Shown in pieces: positions 53,491 to 63,285 of a DNA stretch of 64,000 bases. The stretch's first letter is position 1. Each line of letters starts with the position of its first letter. The translations under genes were made by a program, and so were the position numbers. Source of the DNA: Bacilli bacterium (GTDB lineage Bacteria > Bacillota_I > Bacilli_A > ML615J-28 > CAG-698); assembly GCA_050953065.1 (NCBI GenBank), contig JBMNLZ010000001.1, positions 224,001 to 288,000 on the forward strand, written 5' to 3'. Under the pieces are notes generated by a model, which was not told the origin of the DNA, made no database searches, and saw only the letters and a program-made list of their open reading frames with translations.

Positions 53491-54382
53491 TTATTTTCCT
53501 CTTTAAGTATTCTATTGTATTATTAAACCATTCTTCATTTCTCGTGTTTTTTTCTAAAGCTATTTCTAAATGATTTTTATTAAGTAAACCTTTTTTAAAA
53601 GACAAAAAAAGCAAATTTCTAATTATTTTTAAATAACCAATCCATTGAAATGATTTTTCTTGATATTTAGAAACAAATTCTTGCTCATTAAGACTTAATA
53701 TTTCATCTAAAGTAATAACAGAATCTTCTAAAAATGATAATTCTTTTGTTCCTTTTACTACATTATTATTAAACGGGCAAACATCTTGGCAAATATCACA
53801 GCCATAATATGTATTCATTTTTTCCAGCAAATCAAACCTATTTGTTCTAGATTGATTTAAATATGAAAGGCACTTACTTCTATCATATCCATTTTCTAAT
53901 GCTCCTGTAGGACAAGCTTTCACGCATTTATCACACTTAATACATGTCTGAAAATCATAATGATCATATTTATTAAACTCATAATCAGTAAGTACTTCTC
54001 CAATTACAACATAAGTTCCATTTTTTGAAATAAGTAGATTATTTAATCCCATTATCCCTAACCCTGCTATAACAGCAAGTTTTTTTTCATCTAAAAATGA
54101 TTGGTCAACTAATATCTCCGTTCTACCAATATCGCCAATTTCAAAAAGAAATTCTGCTATCTTATTTTTTACAATCTTATGATAATCTTTCCCATAAGCA
54201 AGTTTTGCGGGCAAAAAGTCATTTTGACGACTTTTACTATCATATGAAAAAATAAAAACTATAATACTATTAACCCAATTATACTTTTCTTCCTCACAAT
54301 TTTTATTTTTAAAATAATCAGTGCTGAACTTTATAATACCAAACTCATATTTATTTTTTAGTTTATTAATTTTATTAATCAT
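53480..54382 (-). CDS. queG: epoxyqueuosine reductase
   Basis: YGKDYH, CIKCDKCVKACPTGAL, CLSY, YGCDICQDVCPFN. Confidence 0.88.
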   Translation of the reverse strand: MINKINKLKNKYEFGIIKFSTDYFKNKNCEEEKYNWVNSIIVFIFSYDSKSRQNDFLPAKLAYGKDYHKIVKNKIAEFLFEIGDIGRTEILVDQSFLDEKKLAVIAGLGIMGLNNLLISKNGTYVVIGEVLTDYEFNKYDHYDFQTCIKCDKCVKACPTGALENGYDRSKCLSYLNQSRTNRFDLLEKMNTYYGCDICQDVCPFNNNVVKGTKELSFLEDSVITLDEILSLNEQEFVSKYQEKSFQWIGYLKIIRNLLFLSFKKGLLNKNHLEIALEKNTRNEEWFNNTIEYLKRKINVN

Positions 54383-54383
54383 A

Positions 54384-55193
54384 TTATTCTTTTAAATTTT
54401 GTTCAATAATTTTATCAAAGTTAATTTGACTTTCAGTTTTTAATGAAAGGAATTGTTTATATTTATATTTAATATTCAACCACTTTGTTTTTTGAAGAAA
54501 ATCTTTTTTTGTTAAAGTAGTTGAAACAATAACCTTACCTCTTCTTTTATTACTAGTTGGAGTAATAGTTATAATTTCAAATAATGCTTCAGCTGTATCT
54601 AATAAAATAGCATTGGGAAAATATTCCAAGAATTCAGTCTTTAATGCAAACAAAAATGGTGCACTTGGTATAATTAAATCTATTTCTTTTTTTTGAACCA
54701 AATGCATTATTTTCTCTACCTCTTTAAAAGTTTTAGAAGTTTTTACATTGCCATTATTTAAAGTAGATTCAATCTCATCACTTGCTAAACTTGTAAGTTG
54801 TGAATGTTTTAAAAACTTTTGATATAGATTAGCTTCGATGATAGATTTCCTTGCTAATAATAACATTGATTTATAAGAATATTTAGCATTAACATATTGA
54901 ATGATATGAGGTGCTAAAAAAACTAGTTCTTCTCTTTCTTTAAAATCTTCATAACAAAGTTCAAAAATAGTATCGCTAACTATAAAAATCATTTTAGGGT
55001 CAAAAGTATTTAAAAACTGGATTTTTTCATTTACAAAATTTAATATTTCTTCTTTCTTATAACTATCATAAGGGTAATATTCTAAGTCATTAGTATAAAC
55101 AAAACTTTCATTTGGAAAGTTTTTTGTTAAAGTTTCTAGAATAAATACTCCTTCAAGCCCCATATCTAAAATACCAATTGGTTTTTTTAACAT
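54384..55193 (-). CDS. degenerate glutamate racemase-like protein (both catalytic Cys absent)
   Basis: N-terminus PIGILDMGLEG..IL..L...FPNESFVY.ND..YYPY aligns with MurI; ACNT and GCTH appear as VSDT and SAPF. Confidence 0.7.
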   Translation of the reverse strand: MLKKPIGILDMGLEGVFILETLTKNFPNESFVYTNDLEYYPYDSYKKEEILNFVNEKIQFLNTFDPKMIFIVSDTIFELCYEDFKEREELVFLAPHIIQYVNAKYSYKSMLLLARKSIIEANLYQKFLKHSQLTSLASDEIESTLNNGNVKTSKTFKEVEKIMHLVQKKEIDLIIPSAPFLFALKTEFLEYFPNAILLDTAEALFEIITITPTSNKRRGKVIVSTTLTKKDFLQKTKWLNIKYKYKQFLSLKTESQINFDKIIEQNLKE

Positions 55194-55202
55194 TTTTTTC
55201 TC

Positions 55203-56675
55203 CTAACTAAGATATTTAATATTTATCGTTTTTTCATTTTCAGAATAATCAATCTCTAAAGACTCTAGCAAATCTTTAATCGGAAGATAATACGTATCTT
55301 CAATTTTAATCATTTCTTCAAATCTATAAGCAACTTTTTTATAGTTTTTTGAAAGTAAAATTAAATCTTTTGTAACAACTGGCATAATATCAAGACCATC
55401 TAAAGCTGTAAACAATGAAATATAAGTCTTGCCTTCTTTTTCAAAAATGGCTCTTGGCATCGTTAAAATTCTATCGTTAATGCTTGCTTCTAAACTGTTT
55501 TTATTAATTACAAAAGTTCTTTTACACCCGTGTTTCCAATACTTTTCAATTCCTTTTTCCATAAGTTTTACAAAAATATCTACAATTCCATAAGGATTAT
55601 GTTTATATAATCCACCATTTGTAAAGAAACACATACCTATTTTTTGTTCGGGATTATAAAAGAAAAAACTTACTAAACCATAAGCACTTCCTGTGTGTCC
55701 TCTAAGCAATTCTTTTTCATACATAGAAAAAATTTTAATTTGAAGTCCTTTTGCTTTATAATCATCAAATTCAGTATTTATCCAATGAAATTGTTGCATC
55801 AAATCAATTGTTTTTTTATTTAAGATTCTAACACCTTTATATACTCCACCGTTCATAAATAACTGCATTATTTTAGCTAAATCATTTAGATTAATCATTA
55901 AACCACCAGCTGGCCCCCTATAGTTTTCTCCTAAAGGAAATAAATTATATTTCCAATTAAGTAAACCCTTAATACTTAATGTAGAAACTATTTTTTCTTT
56001 TGATTTAGACATGCGATATAAAGTCGCAAAATTATCTTTATCCTTTATATCTTGGATTCTAAAACCTCCATCAATATTTAATTTTAATAAAAAATTTTCT
56101 ACTACATAGTCACAAAAGTATGTTTGAGTAATTTTTTCAACAACGCATGCAAGTAGTCCGCAACCAAAATTTGAATATATAAACCTTTCACCAGGTCTAA
56201 CATCAGAATATGTTGAATCAATCCAATAAGGTCCATCATTTTTAATTAATAAATCTTTTAAAGTTGCAGGTTGATTAGTCCCATTAACTCCATTATAGCC
56301 CCTTTTAATATGATCATTTTTTGGGTCTTCATCATCAAAACCATCAGTAATACTTGAAGTTTGAGTCATCAAATGCTTAATAGTGATTTTATCATTTGGA
56401 AATTTTGGATTTCTAATTTTAAATCCAAAAATATCTGAAATATCATCATCAATAGATATTAAGCCTTTTTCAACTAGTTGCATCACACAAATTGCAACTA
56501 TTATTTTTGAAATTGATGCAATTCTAGCTTTTGTATACTTATTTATTTTTTCTTTAGTTTCAATGTCTCTTACTCCAAATGATAAGTCTTCTAAAATCTT
56601 TTTATCATTAAGGACAAGCATTTGAGCACCAATCAAACTACTCTCAACACAAATTTTTTTAAATTCTTTTTTCAT
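55203..56675 (-). CDS. serine hydrolase (beta-lactamase/AmpC-like family) with a C-terminal stalk-like domain
   Basis: ASISK (SxxK), YSN, GHTG; no signal peptide. Start refined to ATG 56675. Confidence 0.88.
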   Translation of the reverse strand: MKKEFKKICVESSLIGAQMLVLNDKKILEDLSFGVRDIETKEKINKYTKARIASISKIIVAICVMQLVEKGLISIDDDISDIFGFKIRNPKFPNDKITIKHLMTQTSSITDGFDDEDPKNDHIKRGYNGVNGTNQPATLKDLLIKNDGPYWIDSTYSDVRPGERFIYSNFGCGLLACVVEKITQTYFCDYVVENFLLKLNIDGGFRIQDIKDKDNFATLYRMSKSKEKIVSTLSIKGLLNWKYNLFPLGENYRGPAGGLMINLNDLAKIMQLFMNGGVYKGVRILNKKTIDLMQQFHWINTEFDDYKAKGLQIKIFSMYEKELLRGHTGSAYGLVSFFFYNPEQKIGMCFFTNGGLYKHNPYGIVDIFVKLMEKGIEKYWKHGCKRTFVINKNSLEASINDRILTMPRAIFEKEGKTYISLFTALDGLDIMPVVTKDLILLSKNYKKVAYRFEEMIKIEDTYYLPIKDLLESLEIDYSENEKTINIKYLS

Positions 56676-56787
56676 GTATAACTCCACATTGTTTACATTA
56701 TACCATAATATTATCTAAAAAACTATTTTTTAATTCCATTTTTTAACTAAAAATGTTATACTATTTTTATGTAAAGGATAAGAAAAT

Positions 56788-57627
56788 ATGAGAAAAATTG
56801 ATAAATCTTTATTAATCTCTGAAATTAAAAAACTAATATTTGAATGCGCTTTTAATATCAATCCTAAAATTATTGCTTCTCTTGAAAAATCCAAAGAAGA
56901 AGAAATTTCTCCTCTAGGTAAAAGTACATTATCAAAAATCATAGAAAACGATATCTTAGCAAGAAAAAAAACTATTCCAATCTGTCAAGATACAGGTGTA
57001 ACGGTTGTATTTTTAGAAATTGGAATGGGCATCTGTTTTGATTATGATTTAACTGAAACAATTAACCAAGCCGTAAAAGAAGCTTACGAAGAATTTTATC
57101 TAAGGAAATCTATCGTTAAACATCCTTTAGATAGAATTAACACCCTTACTAATACTCCTTGTATAATTCATACAAAAATAGTTAACTCAAAAAATTTGAA
57201 AATAACTCTTACTATTAAAGGTGCTGGTAGCGAAAATATGAGCAAGTTAAAAATGCTTAGCCCTGCTGATGGAGATATCGGAGTTGTAAACTTTGTTTTA
57301 GAAACAATTGAAGCCAGTGGTGGTAATGCATGCCCCCCAATGATTGTAGGTGTAGGATTAGGTGGTAATTTTGAACAAGCCGCACTACTTTCTAAAGAAG
57401 CCTTACTAAGAGATATTGATGATGAATCATCAAACCCAATTGATAATAATTTAGAAAAGAAAATATTTGAAAAAGCAAACAAATTAGGTATTGGCCCAAT
57501 GGGACTAGGTGGTAAAAGTACAGTATTAGCAGTAAAGATAAACTCTTTCCCATGTCATATCGCCTCACTACCAGTAGCTGTAAATATCCAATGTCATGCT
57601 TCTAGAACAAAATCAATTATACTATAA
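56788..57627 (+). CDS. class I fumarate/tartrate hydro-lyase alpha subunit
   Basis: PICQDTG, KGAGSEN, NACPP, CHIASLPVAVNIQCHA. Confidence 0.93.
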   Translation: MRKIDKSLLISEIKKLIFECAFNINPKIIASLEKSKEEEISPLGKSTLSKIIENDILARKKTIPICQDTGVTVVFLEIGMGICFDYDLTETINQAVKEAYEEFYLRKSIVKHPLDRINTLTNTPCIIHTKIVNSKNLKITLTIKGAGSENMSKLKMLSPADGDIGVVNFVLETIEASGGNACPPMIVGVGLGGNFEQAALLSKEALLRDIDDESSNPIDNNLEKKIFEKANKLGIGPMGLGGKSTVLAVKINSFPCHIASLPVAVNIQCHASRTKSIIL

Positions 57628-57636
57628 GGTGATAAA

Positions 57637-58188
57637 ATGAAAATAACATCTCCTCTAAAAGATTCAAAGTATTTAGATTTAAAGATAGGCGATGAAGTGC
57701 TTATCAGCGGAATTATTTATACTGCTCGTGATGCTGCACACAAAAGATTACTCGATGATATTAATAAAAATAAATCTCTTCCCTTTTCATTAAAAGACAA
57801 TATTATCTATTATACTGGTCCAACACCAACTCCGCCTAACAGACCAATTGGTTCTGCAGGTCCTACTTCTAGTTATCGTATGGATTCTTATTCTATAAAA
57901 CTAATGGAACTTGGGCAAAAAATAATGATCGGAAAAGGTCAAAGATCCAAAGAATTTAAAAAAGCATTACAAGAACATAACGCCGTTTACTTAACAACAA
58001 TTGGTGGAGCAGGAGCTTTAATTTCTAATTGTATTAAATCAAGTAAAATTATTGCTTATGATGATTTACAATCAGAAGCAATTTATGAATTACATGTAGA
58101 AAACCTTCCAGCAATAGTTGTTTATGATTCAAACGGTAATGATTTAATTGAACAAGAAATAAAAAAATATAAAAACCTTCTTAAATGA
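57637..58188 (+). CDS. class I fumarate/tartrate hydro-lyase beta subunit
   Basis: TARDAAH, GPTSS.RM, MIGKG, GGAGAL. Confidence 0.93.
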   Translation: MKITSPLKDSKYLDLKIGDEVLISGIIYTARDAAHKRLLDDINKNKSLPFSLKDNIIYYTGPTPTPPNRPIGSAGPTSSYRMDSYSIKLMELGQKIMIGKGQRSKEFKKALQEHNAVYLTTIGGAGALISNCIKSSKIIAYDDLQSEAIYELHVENLPAIVVYDSNGNDLIEQEIKKYKNLLK

Positions 58189-58192
58189 AGGT

Positions 58193-58954
58193 TTATTTTT
58201 TTGTTTTAAAAATATATTCTCTTTCAAACCAAGATATTTTATCCGTAATATTACTATTTTTTTTATTAGATTCAATAATTATTTTACCAAAGTTATTTGT
58301 TTCTAACATTCTTTTTCTAATTAACGTATTCTTAACCTCATCAGCCATTACCTTACTACTAGAATATACTTTAGCCTTTGGAAAAATTTCTTGTACAAAG
58401 TCTTTTAATAATTCAAAATGTGTACACCCTAATATAACAGCTTTAATATCTTCCTTTTGAAATTTACTTAGTTTATCAAAAACTAATGTTTTTGCTTCTT
58501 GAGTGCTATATAAGTTTTCTTCAACTATTTTAACAAATTCTGGAACACCTATTGAAAAAACATTGTAATCTTTTAAATAATTTTGATACGACTTAGAATT
58601 AACAGTTACATTAGTAGCAACTAATAAAACATTACTGTTTTTTGGAAGCTCATAAACTTGTTTTGCAGTCGTTTCAATCACCCCAATTATTGGAATATCT
58701 AACTTTATATGATCACTATTTGCAGTTGCTGTATTACATGCAATCACAATCATTTTTGAATTTTTTTCATATAAATAATTACAATTTTTACTAACAATTT
58801 CTCTTACTTCTTCTTTTGTTTTTTCTCCATATGGCGAATTCTGTTCATCAGCAACATATAAAAACTCCTCGTTTGGTAGAGCTTTTACCAATTCATTTAA
58901 CACTACTATCCCACCAACTCCAGAATCAAAGACACCAATTACTTTTTTGTTCAT
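58193..58954 (-). CDS. murI: glutamate racemase
   Basis: FDSGVGG, PYG.K, IACNTA and LGCTHF intact. Start refined to ATG 58954 after AAAGGTG. Confidence 0.95.
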   Translation of the reverse strand: MNKKVIGVFDSGVGGIVVLNELVKALPNEEFLYVADEQNSPYGEKTKEEVREIVSKNCNYLYEKNSKMIVIACNTATANSDHIKLDIPIIGVIETTAKQVYELPKNSNVLLVATNVTVNSKSYQNYLKDYNVFSIGVPEFVKIVEENLYSTQEAKTLVFDKLSKFQKEDIKAVILGCTHFELLKDFVQEIFPKAKVYSSSKVMADEVKNTLIRKRMLETNNFGKIIIESNKKNSNITDKISWFEREYIFKTKK

Positions 58955-59048
58955 AAAACACCTTTTTCTTTTATAAATTATAACACTTGTCTCTATTAAG
59001 TGCAACTTAAAAATATATTGTTTTTCCCTTTTTTTCGTTACAGTTTGT

Positions 59049-59077
59049 TTGACATATATTTTCATTTATATTATAAT
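59049..59077 (+). promoter_or_regulatory. consensus sigmaA promoter
   Basis: TTGACA-17 nt-TATAAT perfect consensus. Confidence 0.85.
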
Positions 59078-59099
59078 TAATGTATAAGGGGTGGCTAAA

Positions 59100-60638
59100 A
59101 TGGTGATACGAAGTTTCTTTAGAATATTAATAGCAATTTTAGCATTGATGGCTATTGCTGTCTTAGTTTTTATGCCTATAATGACATCATCTACAGATTT
59201 AAATACTATACTTATTGATGATAATTTGTCTTTAATGAACCTTTTTAATTCACTAAAAGAGGTTTTTGCTAATGATAGCCAAAACTTTTTAAGTACTGTT
59301 TGGAACTATAGTTTAGTAATTATGTATATCTTAATACCTCCTTTTATACTTTTTACAATCTTCATAAGCGCTTTAAAAGGAGTTAGAAGAAAAAGAAAAA
59401 GAGCAAAAGTTATTGGAAAATCTTTCGTCTTACTTTATTGGATAATGATTGTCTACATCCTAAGAATGACAATTGATCCAAGAACTTTTAATGTAAACTT
59501 TGGGCCACTAATTTATTTCATGACAATCTTTTTGAAAAGTGACATTGACCAAACTGTAATAATCTTACTTCTTGGTTCAATGGGCTTATTTATATTCTTT
59601 GAACTTTTTGCAAGAGCTTTAAATAGCAGAATAGCATACGCTGCTAGTATGAAAAGTATTGAAAAGAAAAAAGCTGAAAAAACAGTTAACTTAACACCAA
59701 ATAGTGATTTAGCATTTTCTGGCAATCTTAACCCCTCTTTCAACCAGCAAAATATTGATACTTTAATCAACCCTAGTAATACTATTATATATAATAATCA
59801 TCTAAAAGATGAAGACTCTCAAAGTATAGATGAGCCTTTAGCAAAACAAAATACTGTACCTCTACAAAATAGAGTTATATATCAACAAGAATCACCTAAA
59901 TGGTCTGAATTACCATCATTTAACCAACAAAAAGATACTCAATCTGATACATATCCTAGTGATTCTACAAAAGATGAAAAATATAGTGGATATTCTAATC
60001 AAAAAGAAAGCGGGCAACAACCATCTTCTTATGAACAATCTGGTCAAGCTGCAAGTTATAAAGAACCTTATGCAAAACAACCTAGTTATGATCAACAATC
60101 TCAAACTAATTATAATCAACCAAGAGATATAAACAGTAATTACGGAGCTTATAATTCGCCATCAGGTAATTATAATCAACCATATAATAGGCCTAATCAG
60201 CAATATTACGGACAACAATCTAATAACCCTTATTATAATCAACCATATAATAGGCCTAATCAGCAATATTACGGACAACAATCTAATAACCCTTATTATA
60301 ATCAACCATATAATAGGCCTAATCAACAATATTACGGGCAAAATCCATACTATTATCAAAATCAAAATTATCCAAAAACTCCATATGAACAAGCACAAGC
60401 TCAAGCTGCTAGCAACTATAACAATCCAGCACCATCTGAGCCAGGAATGGATGTAAAGCCAAATCCTACAGTACAAACAAATACAGTAAACTGCCCTGAT
60501 TGTGGCACTATTGTTATAAAGGGTCAAAAATTCTGTAGCAACTGCGGAAAATCAATGAAACAAACTTGTCCACAATGTTCAACTGAAGTTACATCTAATA
60601 GCAAGTTTTGTAGCAATTGTGGTTTTAGGTTAAATTAA
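59100..60638 (+). CDS. membrane protein with a Q/N/Y/P-rich low-complexity region and a C-terminal double zinc ribbon
   Basis: About 4 TM segments; YNQPYNRPNQQYYGQQSNNPY repeats; CPDCG...FCSNCG...CPQCS...FCSNCG. ATG 59100 fits the SD better than GTG 59091. Confidence 0.85.
   Translation: MVIRSFFRILIAILALMAIAVLVFMPIMTSSTDLNTILIDDNLSLMNLFNSLKEVFANDSQNFLSTVWNYSLVIMYILIPPFILFTIFISALKGVRRKRKRAKVIGKSFVLLYWIMIVYILRMTIDPRTFNVNFGPLIYFMTIFLKSDIDQTVIILLLGSMGLFIFFELFARALNSRIAYAASMKSIEKKKAEKTVNLTPNSDLAFSGNLNPSFNQQNIDTLINPSNTIIYNNHLKDEDSQSIDEPLAKQNTVPLQNRVIYQQESPKWSELPSFNQQKDTQSDTYPSDSTKDEKYSGYSNQKESGQQPSSYEQSGQAASYKEPYAKQPSYDQQSQTNYNQPRDINSNYGAYNSPSGNYNQPYNRPNQQYYGQQSNNPYYNQPYNRPNQQYYGQQSNNPYYNQPYNRPNQQYYGQNPYYYQNQNYPKTPYEQAQAQAASNYNNPAPSEPGMDVKPNPTVQTNTVNCPDCGTIVIKGQKFCSNCGKSMKQTCPQCSTEVTSNSKFCSNCGFRLN
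60171..60341 (+). repeat. 63-bp intragenic tandem repeat (about 2.7 copies)
   Basis: Identical unit TATAATCAACCATATAATAGGCCTAATCAGCAATATTACGGACAACAATCTAATAACCCTTAT at 60171 and 60234; partial diverged copy at 60297. Confidence 0.95.
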
Positions 60639-60652
60639 TATTTTAAACAAAA

Positions 60653-60685
60653 ATAAAAAACATTTCAAATGAAATGTTTTTTTAT
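60653..60685. terminator. bidirectional terminator
   Basis: AAAAAACATTTC-AAAT-GAAATGTTTTTT between convergent genes. Confidence 0.85.
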
Positions 60686-61135
60686 TTATTTTTTTAACCT
60701 TTTTAAGAAGAACAATAAAACCCTTCTACAAAAGAAAAGTCTTCTCCATAATTTCTCTTTAAATTTATATTTTTTATTAGAATCTACAATAATAGTTTCG
60801 TCCTTTTTAATAATTTCTGTAACATAGCCTAAAATTTCTTCTTCAAAAACTTTTTCTTTTACTAATAAAGCATCACCACTAACCACATAATGATGCTTTT
60901 TCTTTTTCATTATCCTATGAATTATAAAATTATTCTTTTTATATAAAATAATATCTCCAGCTTTGAGAAAGTTATTTTTCTTTTCAATAACAATTTGATC
61001 TTTTCCATCTAACAAAAACGGAAACATGCTACTTCCTGATACAGTTATTATAATCTTATTATTGTTATTTAATGCTTCAATCATAATTTCTGAAATATCA
61101 GTAATTTTAACTTTCTTTATATTATTATCTTTCAT
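60686..61135 (-). CDS. S24/S26 family peptidase (soluble, RiPP-cluster type)
   Basis: VSGSSMFPFL..G.D, GDIILY, IIHRI, SGD Ser/His dyad motifs. Confidence 0.88.
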   Translation of the reverse strand: MKDNNIKKVKITDISEIMIEALNNNNKIIITVSGSSMFPFLLDGKDQIVIEKKNNFLKAGDIILYKKNNFIIHRIMKKKKHHYVVSGDALLVKEKVFEEEILGYVTEIIKKDETIIVDSNKKYKFKEKLWRRLFFCRRVLLFFLKRLKK

Positions 61136-61137
61136 AA

Positions 61138-61401
61138 TTATTCTAGAAAATTATTTTCCTTTAAAATTTTTATAAATTCTTTAACATCATTTGCTGCTTC
61201 TTCTTTAGAAATTTCATACTCATCACATAATATTTTTACTAAATCTTCCTCGCTTTTTTCTTCGTTTAATGATTCCCAAAGAATTTTTGCAGACTCATTT
61301 AAAGAAATCATGCCATTAAAGTTAACAGCAGCATCTTTAATTGGTATTACAACATACTCACCTACAACTTCTCTTAAAACAAAATCTTTTTTTATTTTCA
61401 T
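61138..61401 (-). CDS. PqqD family RiPP recognition element
   Basis: 87 aa; F.LREV.GEYVV.P...LNES..ILW..L...L..EYE...A..DV.EF...L. Confidence 0.92.
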   Translation of the reverse strand: MKIKKDFVLREVVGEYVVIPIKDAAVNFNGMISLNESAKILWESLNEEKSEEDLVKILCDEYEISKEEAANDVKEFIKILKENNFLE

Positions 61402-62252
61402 ATTTTTTCTCCAAATATTTTATTGTATACTAATTTAACAGCCTCTCTTGAAATATTGCATTCCAAACGATAAAATTTGACTATTTTAGCAAGTCTATTA
61501 ATCTTATCAATAATCATGTCATTTTTATTTATATCATCACTTTTTATAAAATTATTAAATATATTTTTCAACATTTCTTTTGAACTTAAATCAAAAATCA
61601 TATTATGCTTAGCTTGTTCTAAGAAAACAATTGCTTTTAATGGAACTTTTAAATCAGCATTTAAATTGGTTTTACCACTCCAAGGCGAGCCAATTACATA
61701 TGCCCTTTCTCCAACAACTTCTATTATAGGTTTATCATCATTAATGATAGTAACTCTATCATCAAATTCCATTTTCCAAAGATTAGAATGTGTTGATTTT
61801 CCAGTACCCGAAGGTGCAGAAAAGATTATTCCAAAATTATCAAAAGCAATAGCAGAGCCATGAACAACTATTAAGTTATTATCTAATAAAAATTCATTAA
61901 CTAACATTGAAATCAAATTATATTCTTTTATTTCTAAATCAGCAAGATCTTTTTTGAAATAAGCTCTCACATCTTTATCATTATAAAAATACTCAATCTT
62001 TAAAATAGTTTGATTATTTTTATCTTTAAACACTAATATTTTATCACAAATATCTGTTTTACATAAAATTCTATCATTAAACTCTTTATAAACTTCAAAA
62101 TCTTTCAACTGTATCTCATCCACATATAAAGTAGAAATTTTATAATGAGCTTTTAAATCATCCAAAACTTGATATTTAGTAAGTCTTTCATTTAATATTT
62201 TTGACTCTACATTTAAATCAAAAATAATATTCGCTATTTTAATTTTTACCAT
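61398..62252 (-). CDS. HPr kinase-related P-loop protein (RiPP-associated kinase-like)
   Basis: VHGSAI, APSGTGKST, INDDKP, GSPWSGK. Confidence 0.85.
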   Translation of the reverse strand: MVKIKIANIIFDLNVESKILNERLTKYQVLDDLKAHYKISTLYVDEIQLKDFEVYKEFNDRILCKTDICDKILVFKDKNNQTILKIEYFYNDKDVRAYFKKDLADLEIKEYNLISMLVNEFLLDNNLIVVHGSAIAFDNFGIIFSAPSGTGKSTHSNLWKMEFDDRVTIINDDKPIIEVVGERAYVIGSPWSGKTNLNADLKVPLKAIVFLEQAKHNMIFDLSSKEMLKNIFNNFIKSDDINKNDMIIDKINRLAKIVKFYRLECNISREAVKLVYNKIFGEKI

Positions 62253-63273
62253 TTTTATTAATAAACCTCATTCGTGCACATTCACGCAAGTAATCACTAC
62301 ATTTTTCTATATTACCTTCAGAATATAATTTAGCTGGACAAACATAACAAAAATCATTAAGTTCACATTCTTTACAATCATTACATTTTTTTGATTGTGA
62401 AACTGTTTCTTTTAGTTGTAACCAAGCAAATTCAAAATTATTCTTTAAAATATCAATTCTTGGAAAATCGAATAAACTACAAATAGACATTTTCCCTTCC
62501 CAGTTCACAAAAAAAGCACTTTTACCAGCAGAACAATTAAAACCATTAACTGTATCAACAAAAGCTTTTTCATAAAAAATATTTGCTTTTTCTTCAAACT
62601 TTTTTTGATATTTAAACAATTGTTCAGCAGATAATCGCTCTACTTCTTTTAAATTAGTACATGTTCTTCTAGGAGCTACATATAAAGAATTTTCTATTGG
62701 CAAATTCAAACTTAACATTAAGTTTAATAAATCATCTAAATTTTCGAAAGTTTCATAAATAGGAATAGTTCTTAAAACAATATTAAGATTAGCCAGTTTA
62801 AGTTTTTCTATATTCGCTATTACTCTGGAAAAGCCTTCTTTATAACCACATATTTTTTCATACATCTTTTCATTATAACCATATATAGTTATTGCAATGT
62901 ATTCTGGAGGTCTTTTTTTTAATCTTTCTATTATGTTATTTGTTAGTAAAGTACCATTAGTATATAAAACAATCTTAATCCCTAAGTCATACACCTTTTC
63001 ATATAAATCCATAAAATCTTTTCTTAAAAAAATTTCACCACCAGTAAAAACAACAAAAAGCATACCTAAAGATTTAGCCTGATTTATAATATTATACCAG
63101 TCATCATTACTTAACTCTTTAGTTTTATTAAGTGTATGAACATAACACATTTTGCAATTCATATTGCAATTAGCGGTTATTTCAAATTCACCAGCAATAG
63201 GAATTTTTTTTACAGCAGCTTTATTAAGAAGATTAATTTTATACTCGTTATAATAATTCACTTTATACCTCAT
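62239..63273 (-). CDS. radical SAM/SPASM domain protein
   Basis: CNMNCKMC, FTGGE, YTNG; SPASM CSAG...GKMSIC...CKECELNDFCYVCP...C. The real start may be GTG 63261 after GAGG. Confidence 0.93.
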   Translation of the reverse strand: MRYKVNYYNEYKINLLNKAAVKKIPIAGEFEITANCNMNCKMCYVHTLNKTKELSNDDWYNIINQAKSLGMLFVVFTGGEIFLRKDFMDLYEKVYDLGIKIVLYTNGTLLTNNIIERLKKRPPEYIAITIYGYNEKMYEKICGYKEGFSRVIANIEKLKLANLNIVLRTIPIYETFENLDDLLNLMLSLNLPIENSLYVAPRRTCTNLKEVERLSAEQLFKYQKKFEEKANIFYEKAFVDTVNGFNCSAGKSAFFVNWEGKMSICSLFDFPRIDILKNNFEFAWLQLKETVSQSKKCNDCKECELNDFCYVCPAKLYSEGNIEKCSDYLRECARMRFINKNGKN

Positions 63274-63285
63274 CCATATAGATAT

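Noticed and set aside
60171-60341. 63-bp direct repeats as a possible CRISPR array
   Set aside because: Head-to-tail with no unique spacers, in frame within a CDS, and no cas genes in the window.
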